From NCBI RefSeq assembly GCF_001949145.1, contig NW_019091362.1, forward strand, positions 806,997 to 831,276: DNA of 24,280 nucleotides, written 5' to 3'. Source of the stretch: Acanthaster planci. Taxonomy: Eukaryota. Made by a program: the position numbers and the translations under genes. Shown piece after piece: positions 1-11,638 of this stretch (position 1 is its first letter; each line of letters starts with the position of its first letter). The notes under the pieces are model-generated. The model was given only the letters and a program-made list of their open reading frames with translations. It was not told the origin of the DNA and ran no database searches.

Positions 1-20
1 TGAAGGGACGAAAGCATGCA

Positions 21-129
21 TCTTACTTCCAAGAGGACTTGGAAAAATAGTCCTCTACTCGCACCACCACTGTCCACCAGTACAACTGACAAATAAACTC
101 AACGATTGGTCGCGTTTTTATGTCCGCCC
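21..129 (-). promoter_or_regulatory. Candidate core promoter and short non-coding first exon of a - strand gene running off the window
   Basis: On the - strand: GGGCGG (129-124), TATA-like CATAAAAA (122-115), CCAAT (109-105), Inr-like TCAGTT (89-84), then donor AA|GTAAGA (26-21). Confidence 0.4.
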
Positions 130-3100
130 ATATCAAACCCCTACCAGACATAACAGGGGCAGGTTTCTCTTCTACTCCAACTACGGTGTAGGAGTCACTG
201 CAAGTCACCAGAAATGAAATGTCACTAAATGGGAAAGTGCCATCAATTCACACACGGGTATAAAAATGTCATTATATTGATGTGTTTCCAAAAGGAGGTG
301 TCATTTCCTGTGCAGTTATTAAACATGTCCCGTGTTTTTTGTTTCCTTTTACTTATCATGTAAATGTAAATACATGTACACATGTGTATTTCCTCAAAGT
401 TGAAAAATTGCATTGTAAGCTAACCAAACCACTAACATACCGGTACATCTAATTGGGGTGTTTTGCGACTTTGTAAACAGTGCATGCATGATGTAATTAG
501 TGGTGTCTGAGGACAAACAAACAACAACCCACATCCTCCTGCTTACCAGAGCAGACATTTTACTACCAGATCATGTTGCAAATCAAAAACCCTGCAATTT
601 TATTCTTTAAGATGTAACGGACCATATTGTACAAGGGTGCCCTGAACCAATTCAAGCTCCATTGAAAATAGTGTAAATCAACCAAGTTTGGAGCCCCATG
701 GCAGGCAACTGAAGTCCCTGAGGCCTCTCAAACAAAAAACAATGTGTTGTTTGGTCCTTCAGATTTCATGTGATTTTCAATTTTTAGTAGGTTAACCAAC
801 AAATTTTTTAATTATCCGTCCAAAACAAACTCACCCCTCAAAAGTGAATGTTGCCAAGCCCTCCCAGCAGCCATTTTTCAAATGACATCCCTCACCTTCC
901 TCGGGCTCTTCTTACTAATTTTCAGTCCCATTTTTCTCTGCTTTGCCCCCAGATGGGTGCCCCTGAATCTACAGAGATGATTCTGGGCCATACTGACACA
1001 ATCCCACCATTTCTTGGCCCAAACAGACCCCTCTTTTCGAAACAATCTCTGGGGGTACTTTTTGTGCGCCTCGACCTGGCGGAGAATTTTCCTTGAATTG
1101 GGACACTGCACCCACAATGTGCACAGCTGTCTGTTTCTCCAACCTTAAACTCCCCAGAACTGCGAAATTTTACATAATCCATCCCTTGATGGGTCTGATC
1201 TCATGTAATTTGACTACCGGTAGGTAGACAAAATATCAGTACATGGTACTACACCACTTTCAACTCCCAATTCTCTTCCTGTTGTGGTTTACTGTCCCAG
1301 GGAACTAGTATTTGGTCATGTCTGTTTCACTCAGTTGATGGGGTCAGATCTAACCACAGTCGTCTCCTTGGCCCCGCCTTACCAGCTCAATCTGCTACCC
1401 GTTAACTTCTGGGTGATGTGTTATGGAACGTGTTGTGGTATTGATTTGACGTCAGCTTGATTTGCCCACTGACATGTTCAGAAAGGGATCTCCCCCAATG
1501 TGTGTTCTCTACATGTAGGTTTTTTTTCCAGAATAAAAGTGTTTAGCTTATTGACCATGACTCTGCGCCTTTGGATTATTAATGTATTTGGTACATGCAC
1601 ATATACCAATCCAGTGTACATTGTCAATATACATGTAGGCCTGCATGTACTGGTACATTTATTGTATATTTAATGTGAATTGAAATATGGTATTTTTCTT
1701 TAAACTTTTGAGTCAAAAGTTAATCCTTGCTGAAATAAGAATTCAGATTTGAAAATAAAAGAAGTCAGCAACAACAATGCGCCAAACTATTACTGGCAAC
1801 ATTTTGGAAAACAGTTCACTGATAGGAAGTCCTCAGAATCACATTGACATTTACAAGAACATGTGTGTTTGCTTTAAGTTTGAGTTTAGAAAACACTTAC
1901 TTTAAAACGCTTTAATTGGCACAGTTGGAATATGCTGTATCCTATGCAGTTGACATGTATAATTGATTTCTAGTCTCTTAAGTTGCTCCCCAAGGGGTGA
2001 AATTATGGTACTGGTATGCATATTGTCTGCAGATTGTGTTAACCTGTGTATTTTTATAGATACCGACATGTGCGAGGTACATGGTTTCCATAAACAGTTT
2101 CTAAGACTTTTGTATCATTGCCGAAACCATGTGTACTGGTACCATCAATGAATATGAAAGATTTTCAAAACATTTATGATCAGTTGACACATTTACTTTG
2201 GCGTTAAATGGTCCGTGGTTTCAGCAAGACATAAGCATGTACATGTACAGTACAGGTACTAGTAATACATGCACTACATGTACTTTTCTTTTGAACCCTG
2301 ACCATATCACACCTGTGCCTAAAGACCTGCATGTATGTTGTAGTACCATACCTGTAAACGTGCATACTTGCATGTGGCCATACATACCTGTACATGTACA
2401 GTACAGCACTTGAAGTTGAGGAATCAGGTTGTTGACTTTCCAATGACCCGATGATAATTACGGAGGAAGTACATGTACATGTACAAGATTACCGGTATGT
2501 GTGGCATGCCTGGGTTTCGTCGTAAATTATTTTCTGGGCAGCCCCGAAACATTTTTACATATACTTCCAGTCAACTTAACTACTGTGGGTAGGATTGAGT
2601 CTTGTACAGTACAAACTCAGTTGGGTTCATCCAACCATGGAGCCAAAGCTCCATGATCAAATCTGGGGTGCATTCAATTGCCCATTACTATGTGTTCGTA
2701 TTCATACCGCTAACAATAAAACTAAAAGTACACAGGGTACCAGTATGCCAAAACCAGTGTACTTATGTACATGTACATGTACAGTATGGTGCTACTGAAC
2801 ATGGCCCCTTGGTTCTTATAAAACCCTTGCGTAGTTGTTAAATCTTGTCATGTACATTTAGGAGTTTTAGTGCAGAGTCGTGTTTTATACTCTTCCTGCA
2901 ATCCCCAAATTACTGTTTCCTCACATACATGTACATATTGATGTCATGCCTGAATAACTACTAATACATTACAATTTGGTTCTTCACACTTTTTCCCTGT
3001 ATGCTTCTGGAAAGCACACAGCCTACAGTGCATTTAGTTTATTCAGGACAAAACCAAAATTTAAGATAAAATTTACATACATGTTTATGTAAATTTTCCT

Positions 3101-6100
3101 CATGCAGAATTCCATCAATGGTTATTGGCAGCTGTATGTACATGCTGCATCAGATTCAAACCTTTCAACATCTTAACCTTCAGTGCCTGTATGTAAGGAC
3201 ATGTAGGAACTTGTGGGTTTGAGTCCCACTCTTGCAGATTACATGTACAGAACGTCTTTGGAAATGTACAGTGTGTTTCCTGGTGCCAAATTCCATCAAT
3301 AAAAGGTCTGTCCTCTTCCCCGGTTACATGTAAGGTAGTGAAAGGGATTTCCAGGAGAATTATGGACATGCTGTACATGTACATGTATCCTTGATACAAG
3401 ATTGCAACTGTAGAAATCTGTGACAATTTGAAAAGATTTCTCAATAGTTTAAATTCAACCAAAGTCACAAATTTTATCACCCCTGTTTTGTCAACACTTA
3501 AACTTTGTACTCACACTTAAACATGATAATGTTGGTTTCTTATCAAGGGCAAAAAAAACAGTTCCCCAAAATTTATAGAAAACATAACAGATTGAAAGAT
3601 TTTAAACTCATAATGTGATCTGACACAATTGATTAGAGGGTTTCTTGTGCAGTGGTGTAATCTAGCTTTCTGAGATTGTCCCAAGAAGTTGTCTGGCGAT
3701 GCGGATACGAACCAGCGATATAACCTGATATGAGGTTAACTCAATCAGGAAGGGGCCAGTTAACTGGGGCTTACATCTGTAATCCCAGCAAATGAGCAGC
3801 AGTCGATGCTTTGGAGACTTCTTCCAACTGACATTTGAGCCCGTATTTTACCCCAGAGGTAGTTGAAATATTCCTTACAGTTTACATATGTGTCAGATTC
3901 CGAAGGTCTACAGTTCTTCCTGCTTTACAAGTTAGGATGTACATGTACATACAAGTACATGTGTATATGTACTGGTACGTAAGACTGGTAGACTTTGGCA
4001 CCCATCACTTCTTTTGTTGTCAGAATGTTTTGCCAGCTTGCAAGATGGTTTTGAAAACAGTCCTGTTCAGTAATTGTTTTTTTCTGCGGCAATTACTGTA
4101 CATGTATGTATTTTAGAGTTCCCTGATAAACATGTGGATTGTACATACATGTACCTTTAAGTTTCCCATAAAGTACGTAGATGTTTGACTTTTTTCTTTG
4201 CTTCAGTCACCCTAGATTTTGAAGTGGGAAAACCTAAATGAGATTAAAACAGAGAAAAAATGTTTTGACTGCAGGCCGTCACCATACAGCACCTGTATAT
4301 ATCAGGCAGCCCATGGCCACTGCAAGGCACGGGGGTCCCTGGGAAATTGAAGTTCATTGTGGGAGATTTGATACATGCAGTGTGGTTAATGCCCCAGCTA
4401 TGAATATGCATCAGCCTAGTGTGTCTGGCCAGATGACGCTTGCAGTCCAGCCAGTTACCAGTCTAATGGACCAATTCGGTATTTCAAAAAAAAGTAAAGG
4501 TCATGTCATTCAGGAACGAAGCATGCACTCAAGTCTGTTGGAATGCGATGATAGGACAAAACTCTTTACATACAGTATGTCTGAAGGACCTTGGCCACAC
4601 TTTATTTTAGCCATGCGCTGTTGGAACACCAAGCCAGCTCATTGTGCAGTGCTAAATGGAAAAGTCGTTTCTCTTTTTTGAGTTAGAGTTTGAGTTCATG
4701 CTGTCCATTATGTGTACCAGTACATGACATACGGTGCCTGTACAAATGTATACATACATGTGAGCACTTATGTGATGTCTGTGAACATGCAGAGGTTAAA
4801 TTGATAACACCCTTGCACTTGTTTTTACCCTGGGGTGATGAACCTGCCCCCCCCACACACACACATTTGGCTGGTCCTTTAATGGCTGGTACCAGTACAA
4901 GATGGTCTCACAAATGGCCCCCTCCCTACTTTGAAAATTGTTCCTCTTCCATTTGATCATCCCCTACCACTCCTCCCCTCTAGTCCTTCCTCTAATTTTC
5001 CCCACCCCTGTCCCTTCTCTAGTCCCCATAGTCCATCCCCTGGGCAGTTAGCAGACAAAGCAATGTGTGGAACCTTGCAGTAACCTGGTACTGGGTATAT
5101 GGTACTAATACAGTGTACATGTATACTTTTGTACATGTGATCCACCCTAGGCTCCCTAGCCATTTCATTCATCTATGATCTTTTTAACACCTGGATTTTG
5201 ATGTGCTCCACCATTGACTTCTTTAAGGACACTTTTGCGATCCAGGTCTCTCTGCCCACATACCTGTAATCTCCAGCCATCCTCTTATTGACGTCAATCT
5301 TGACAACTCATTACCAACTTTGTTAATACCGTTCAGCCCTCCCTCTTCACTTTTTCAAACCCCCTCATACCCAAGAGGGTTCTTCGATATATTAAGACAC
5401 TGTGACTCAGTAGCCACATTTGCGTAGGCCTCTCACTAATTGAATTATGCTTCGCAAGTGGGACTTCCCTTAAATAGTACACCCCCATCCTTCCCTACTG
5501 CAGATCCCATCTTGTCACCATGCACTACACTGCAGAAAAATCACGCTGGTTTAGTCAATGTTGTCACAGAAACCTCCCTAACTTTCAGACACAGTGAAGT
5601 CTTATGTACAATTATTTGTACTAAATGTCAGACAGTACATGTACCTAAGGCTTTAATTCTGCCCTCCATTTTGTCTTAAGCCTCCCAACCAAAGCCAGCA
5701 GTTCATCTTTAGAAGATCTACAGAGTAAGTACAATTTAACTACATACATACTTTTCTGAAGTCTGTGATCTCTTGTTAGTTTGACATCTTACCAGTTATA
5801 TATCACATGTAGTTGCACATAATGTACATGTACACTTACCATACATGTACATCTAGCCATTAGCCAGGAGCTTTTTAGTGGGAGGAAGACATGAAATTTA
5901 TTTGGGAGTGGTTGCATGCACAATGCACATAGCGGCATCCTGTGGCTACCTGTCTGGGTTGCGGTCTCAAAATAACGAAAGGCCAGATTGTACAATGTAC
6001 ATGTGTACACACACATTCATGTACCTTGTGTGAAAGTAAATGCGATGTGGCAAGATACTAGACATCATGCGTAAAACATATTATGTAATTTACAGTTTAA

Positions 6101-6473
6101 CTTGAAGGTTTTGATGAATTTGCCACAAATTCTTACCTGTTTAATCAAATGTTTATTGGCTTAATTGCTTTCATCCCACAGTTGAACTGACCGTTATGTA
6201 CCGGTTCATGTACTGATATATACATGTGTATAAATGCATTTTCCCGAATGTGGACTTGTAATAATGTTCACCTATGAAAAGTACCGTACAACATGTCTTC
6301 TCTTGGCTACAGTCTACCCGATATGTGTAGTAGGTTAAAATTTCTGAGCCTAGGGTGTGCAAGTACTAGTACCCATATTTTCAAGAGGACTCAAAAGGTA
6401 AATGAGCTGTGGGCTGGTGGCTTATATACGTGTATATCTGTAGGTTTTGTTCATTTCAAAAATTCCGTGTGAG

Positions 6474-6630
6474 GCAGACCTGACAACCTTGCCTACTCCT
6501 TCCTGAGGTCAGGCATTACCACACAATAGATTAAAAGGTGTTCGAATGAGCCTTCAGTTCATTACATTTTTAATCTATTGTGCGCTAATGCCTGGCCTCA
6601 GGAAGGAGTACGGCATGCTGGCAGGTCTGC
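6474..6630. mobile_element. Palindromic MITE-like element (~157 bp)
   Basis: Imperfect inverted arms of ~65 bp (GCAGACCTG...TACTCCTTCCTGAGG...CACAATAGATTAAAA and reverse complement); TGAG on both flanks (6470-6473, 6631-6634). Confidence 0.75.
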
Positions 6631-9483
6631 TGAGGGGCACAGGGGGAAGGGGAGAGATGACTTCTGATCCACTGGATCTGTGTGCATAAATGTATTGATA
6701 CATACGTTGGTTTTACATGGATCCATGTGACCAGAGCACTACCTGTAGTTGTTTCTGTCGTTTCATGGTTAAAGGCAAGAGGTTATTTTTAGTCCAGGTT
6801 TTAAAATAGATTGCCAGCATGTTCACGATTAAATCCTCATGAGGATGTTGTCTCAATCCAAGGTATGTACCCATGCCTATATCTATACATGGATGGCAGA
6901 CCAGGATGCAAGATAGACCGCAGTTAACAATAAAATTGGTCTTAGTCATCTAATGGACGTCATTATGTTGTCCCTGGATCCTGTTTTAATCTGGGAATAT
7001 CTTCTGAATCATCTGGTAATACAGATTGAAAATTTCTTGTGTGTTTATTGTCTTCTATTTTCATTCTGAACTCTCTCTTTGCATAGAAATTATTACATGT
7101 ACAAATAATGGTGTGAAACTGCTGTACATTCTTTGCAGAACTGTCAGCAGTACGATTGAGCTTTGGACACTTTGGGTTTGAGGGGATAATGAAAAAAGGC
7201 GTTTGAAATTGTATACCTAAAATGATCCCTGAAGCTACATGTATGTTGTGTGGATTTACATGTACAGTATATTGTATATGTACTTTCAAATGTAAACCTT
7301 ATTTCATAGTTTTTCACACATTGTAGCTAACAATGTAATTTCAAAGGGTTTTAATGGAAAAAATTTAACCTTTATATAAGTAAATGTACTCATGGTTGAA
7401 ACTGCGATGCTCAGGAAATGATTTGTTGAAATTTATGAATTTGAATAACCGTTTCAAGATTTGCAATATCTTTACTTACTGGTACGGTAAGTAAAGTGTA
7501 TAACAAGGGAACCAATGTGTGTCCCAGAGGATTCTTTCACTCAAAACATGAAATTTGGACACAATAGTCATGAATACAAACACGATTGTGTGCAGCAGTA
7601 TGGCTTAGCAATATTTGTCGAGGTATAGAGAGCGAATATGAAGTTTACTACGTAAGGCATTATTTGGGTGAGTTGTCATTTCAAATGAATTAGGCCCAGT
7701 GTACATGTGCGATACATGTACAGACATGCGTTGGGCTTTGCAATGTGACGTTAGGTAATTTCTTCGTTTTCTGCAAACTAAAAAAGCCCATCCTTCAAAC
7801 TGATATACAGTCCTCAGTGCTACATTTGAATCTGTCACATGTCCACTCACAAGTCCCATCACAAAGCCAATCATACATAACAGGAGGAACTATGACAAAA
7901 GAATGCTTTGTCACAGCTCATTTGAATAGCTTGTGAATTGGCTTAAGACTGAATGACTTGTGATGGACTTACATGTACAGGGACTTGTAATGGACTTGAA
8001 TACAACACTGGTCCTTTCATTTGTATTTTACACCCTTGTATGCTGAGCTACAGTTGTGCATATGGGACATGTACGTGTACAGGTAGGTCACTGAACATCA
8101 ATGTCAAAGACACACTTGAGTTTACGGAGCAATTAGTTGAATTTGTGAGACATACACCGGTATGTATTTTACTGTGCATTATACATGTACGTTCATAGGT
8201 GTAATGTATAAATGCATGTCTAGATCTTCAACGTTTTCACACCGAAAACTGCTTTGTGGAAACATTTTCATTGCTAATTTATGCGGAAAGATAAGCAAAC
8301 CAGTCATAATGTACAGTAAATTGTACAAAGGTGTATTAGAAGTTTATGGGGAAAATGCGTCAGTCGAGTGAAAAAGGAGCTCCCCATGCAGAAATAATTA
8401 AGTTATGGTGATAATTTCATGGTTTTTATTGAAATGTTTCAGTAATTACCAGTATACTATGTTAGCCTTGTGCCAATACATTGTCATTCCTGAATCGTTA
8501 CGGTTTACCAGCTAGCTGAAATGGGTACCAGCATTCAGGTAGTTGGGAACAACCTGTAATGTAGAGTTCCATCCCATCTACCGTAGTCTTTAACAGTTGT
8601 TTCATGTTAAGGAAATCATTGATTAACTCTGGACCAATGAGCCAATAAACTGTGCAATGTATGTCTGCTGCACATGTACCAGTGGGGTACATGGTACACA
8701 TGTACAAGTACATTGTAAAGAGCCTGCGTGCCTGCAGTGTGTAAATGTAACTTCCTTCCACTGAGGCTTCATGACACGTTGTAACTTGTCCAAAACAGCT
8801 GTATCATCCGTGTAAGGAGGAACAGTTTCCTACAAGTACCAGTCTACATGGACATGTATACCGTAGATTACATGTAGCCTTTTCTCTGTACAATTACATG
8901 CACCGGTATGTTGGATATGATCAGTCTGTCAGCACGATCATGCATTGCGTAATACTATCAGCTGATCCAGTGGGAAATCTAGGACATTACTTCCCTTTTT
9001 TGAAACAATCTTCCTCAACCATAAGTTACATGTAGAAAGAAAAAGTGATTGGCTGATGGCAAAATTATCCGTCAGCAAATCATGCGAATGAGATCAGCAG
9101 ATTGTGCAAAGATCAAGTGATCACGCAGATGGACAGAGTATTCAAACAGATTGCACAACAAACATGGGTACACGTACAGTGTACATTCTTGACTAAATAG
9201 ATGTACACACTTAGACATTTTTAGAATATAAGTACAGTGTTTGCATGATAGCCACTTATTGGATATCACACCAAGTGTGACTTTCAAAGGAAAAACCACT
9301 TGAGAGGAGAAATTCAATCATTTTGTTCATAGTACATGAAACATCAGGTTGCATGTACAACTGTCAACTGCCAACCAACAACCAAAAACATATTGGTACA
9401 TGTCCAGTGTACATATCCTCTTGAACAGAACTACTGGCTGGGTCAGGGATGTATTGTGTTTCATTCAAACAAAAACTGCTTAA

Positions 9484-9767
9484 AGGAACCAGGAAATGAA
9501 TTTTTCTTCGAATCACTTTCTGTGTATCTCTGTACTCTTCTTCCATGTATGAAGACTGTTTGACATTTTCTTTGAGTTACGTGAATTAATGGTGCACTTT
9601 TTCAAACATTAAAAATTGACCAGCCATTTCTGGACAAGTGAGAATGCTTTTTGCTTGATGTAAATCCACGAAGACTTGGTTCAGGTTGCATGTTTTCGTG
9701 TTCAAATTGTGAATCCCAAAGTTGCTATCAGGGAACATTTATAAAATAGTTCGATTTCCTGGTTCCT
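9484..9767. mobile_element. Kolobok-like non-autonomous DNA transposon (284 bp)
   Basis: Perfect 14-bp TIR AGGAACCAGGAAAT / ATTTCCTGGTTCCT with AG termini, flanked by TTAA at 9480-9483 and 9768-9771. Confidence 0.75.
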
Positions 9768-10031
9768 TTAACTTTATTGCCACGACTGTGAATGAGGGTA
9801 CATGGAGTTGCTTGTTGAAACTCACAACCACTGACCTACAACCGAAACAGTTTTGCTGCTGGTTACACCTGCTACAATATATGTACGTACTGTATGTAAA
9901 ACATACAGGATGTCATGCCAGTACATGCAGGTTGTGAGAATGTGTTTTGTTGACGTACATGTTCACATGTACACATATGGCTACCCTAACATGGCATACA
10001 TTTTCCCTTCCTGAGCCTTGCTAGCAAAATA

Positions 10032-10262
10032 CACAACTCAAAAAAGTTAAGACCTCCCTTTATTTTGTGTATAGATGTACTTATTTTGTATGAGATATTT
10101 TACTGCTGAAAATACCCCAATATAATTGTCCTGAAATTTTTAAAGTTTTATTCCAATGAGAACACCATCTAGACCAAAAAAAAAATGAAAAAGCTAGACT
10201 CCACTCATTGCTTGGAAAAAAATTACCAGTTAAGAAGTGGTCCTTAACTTTTTTGAGTAATG
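10032..10262. mobile_element. Tc1/mariner-like MITE (231 bp)
   Basis: TIRs CACAACTCAAAAAAGTTAAG-ACC and GGTCCTTAACTTTTTTGAGTAATG; TA on both flanks (10030-10031, 10263-10264). Confidence 0.78.
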
Positions 10263-10745
10263 TACTTTTACCTCAGTGGTACAATAAATGAATCGTCAGT
10301 AAAGTAAGTGTGGAACTTAGTAGATAAAGTTCCAGTGAAAGTCTACTTTGGTCTCCTTTTCGTATTGTTTTTTCATTGTGCACGAGGAACTCTTAAAAAG
10401 CCCCCCCCCACTTTTCTTACAAACTCGTAGTTGGGTATTTGAGGCTGTAATGATTTGCCAGAATTTGTCAAATTTAAAGAAATTCTTAACTATTAATGTG
10501 CAATTTTCTGAGATTTGCTCAAGTGTTTCACAGTAGGGAATGCTGCTGAATATGTACCCAGTTTCCAGACACCATTGTCCTTGAATTTCAGACTAAATTT
10601 CATCACACTGAAATTGTTCACTAAGGCTCAACATAATAAAGGTAATGGTACCAGTATTCAGCTGGATGAGTTTGAAGCTTTTCAGTGAAGATGTTTGGCA
10701 ACACTGCAAGAGGAAAGTCAAAGAAAACGAAAGGAAAACAGTGCA

Positions 10746-10754
10746 ATGCACTAC
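10746..10754 (+). CDS. Tentative start-codon exon (ATG CAC TAC = MHY) of the VPS9-domain gene
   Basis: GCAATGC context (purine at -3), phase-0 donor TAC|GTTAGG at 10755 matching the phase-0 acceptor at 11506, in-frame upstream TGA at 10686. Candidate upstream acceptors at 10591 and 10685. The donor is only moderately strong. Confidence 0.4.
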
Positions 10755-10778
10755 GTTAGGGGACTTTTCGTGTTGATG

Positions 10779-10882
10779 TGTACATGTACGCAGCTTCCAT
10801 ATATGTACATATACGCAGCTTCCATACATGTACATGTACGCAGCTTCCATACATGTACATGTACGCAGCTTCCATACATGTA
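10779..10882. repeat. 25-bp minisatellite, ~4 copies (TGTACATGTACGCAGCTTCCATACA)
   Basis: CAGCTTCC recurs at 10791, 10816, 10841 and 10866. Confidence 0.92.
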
Positions 10883-11089
10883 TGCTGCTTACATGTAGCT
10901 GCTATGACTCTCCGGTTGAAGTTAAAGTGTCTTTGGCTAAGCTATCTGTTGTAGATTTGACAAGGTTTCAGCTCTACAGGCAAACGTTTGAAACTTAGGC
11001 TATTGGCAAGCAATACTTGTAGTTGTGTGTGCATGTACTGTATTAACCGGTAAAAGCAAAAGCACCGGTAAGTTTGTTCCAAGCCATCA

Positions 11090-11340
11090 GGTCGGTGTTA
11101 AATTTCCAGTTTCCTTTGCAAGAATTATCTGAAAATAGTTTATTCTCTCCTGGATGGGATGCCAGTCTATCACCGGTTGTTCTCCAGCTAATGCCAATAC
11201 CCAAGTACGTGTACATGTATACTCCTAGATGGGTAGAGGCAAGCAGGGTTTAAGGCCACAACTTACTGGCATGACTAACAGTTGGATTTGAACCTGTAAC
11301 CCTCTGGTCAGAAGCCACAAACCGTAACCACAGGGCCTCC
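11090..11340 (-). mobile_element. Decayed tRNA-derived SINE, probably with a Deu/Nin-type core
   Basis: The - strand head carries B-box GGTTCAAATCC (11294-11284). The body (+ strand CTGGATGGGATGCCAGTCTATC...TATACTCCTAGATGGGTAGAGGCA) resembles, from memory, a conserved invertebrate SINE core. Boundaries approximate. Confidence 0.65.
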
Positions 11341-11505
11341 TACACCTATAACTGGTACGGTAGCATCGCATAAAAAGGATAAGTGGCTGGAAAATGTGCA
11401 TTTATCTCAAACTTTGCCTACCATCCAAAATTTACTCCCTGGAAATGTATTTTGCATAACGTTAAACTTGGCTGAGCTTTTCTTTTCTTTTCCGTTTTCA
11501 ATCAG

Positions 11506-11638
11506 GTGCTGGTAGTCGACACTGTGTGCATTGACTTCATCAATAAAGCTATCCAGTGGACCACCTGTTCCCATAGAAACTGCACGCAGAGAATCATGGG
11601 AGAGAGAGGTTACCAACGTTGCAAGCACACCCATGAAT
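11506..11638 (+). CDS. VPS9-domain gene exon 1 of 15 (VLVVDTVCIDFINKAIQWTTCSHRNC...CKHTHE)
   Basis: Long polypyrimidine tract + ATCAG acceptor; donor T|GTGAGT; 133 nt, ends phase 1. Confidence 0.85.

Noticed and set aside
630..1110. GC-richer block with repeated GGGTGCCC(C)TGAA and a possible TIR (AATTGGGACACTG)
   Set aside because: Probably a repeat remnant, but I found no convincing TIR pair or TSD.
848..10536. Numerous 60-120 aa ORFs rich in Y/M/C/T/V/H
   Set aside because: Composition reflects translation of TACATG repeats and MITE sequence; no domains and no coherent exon chain.
10593..10754. Frame upstream of the tentative ATG, open except for one TGA (10686): possible selenocysteine or readthrough
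   Set aside because: No CxxU/UxxC context, no SECIS noticed by eye downstream of the stop, and such short open stretches arise by chance; simpler as 5' UTR.
11270..11340. tRNA gene on the - strand
   Set aside because: Has a B-box but no complete cloverleaf, and it continues into SINE-like body sequence.
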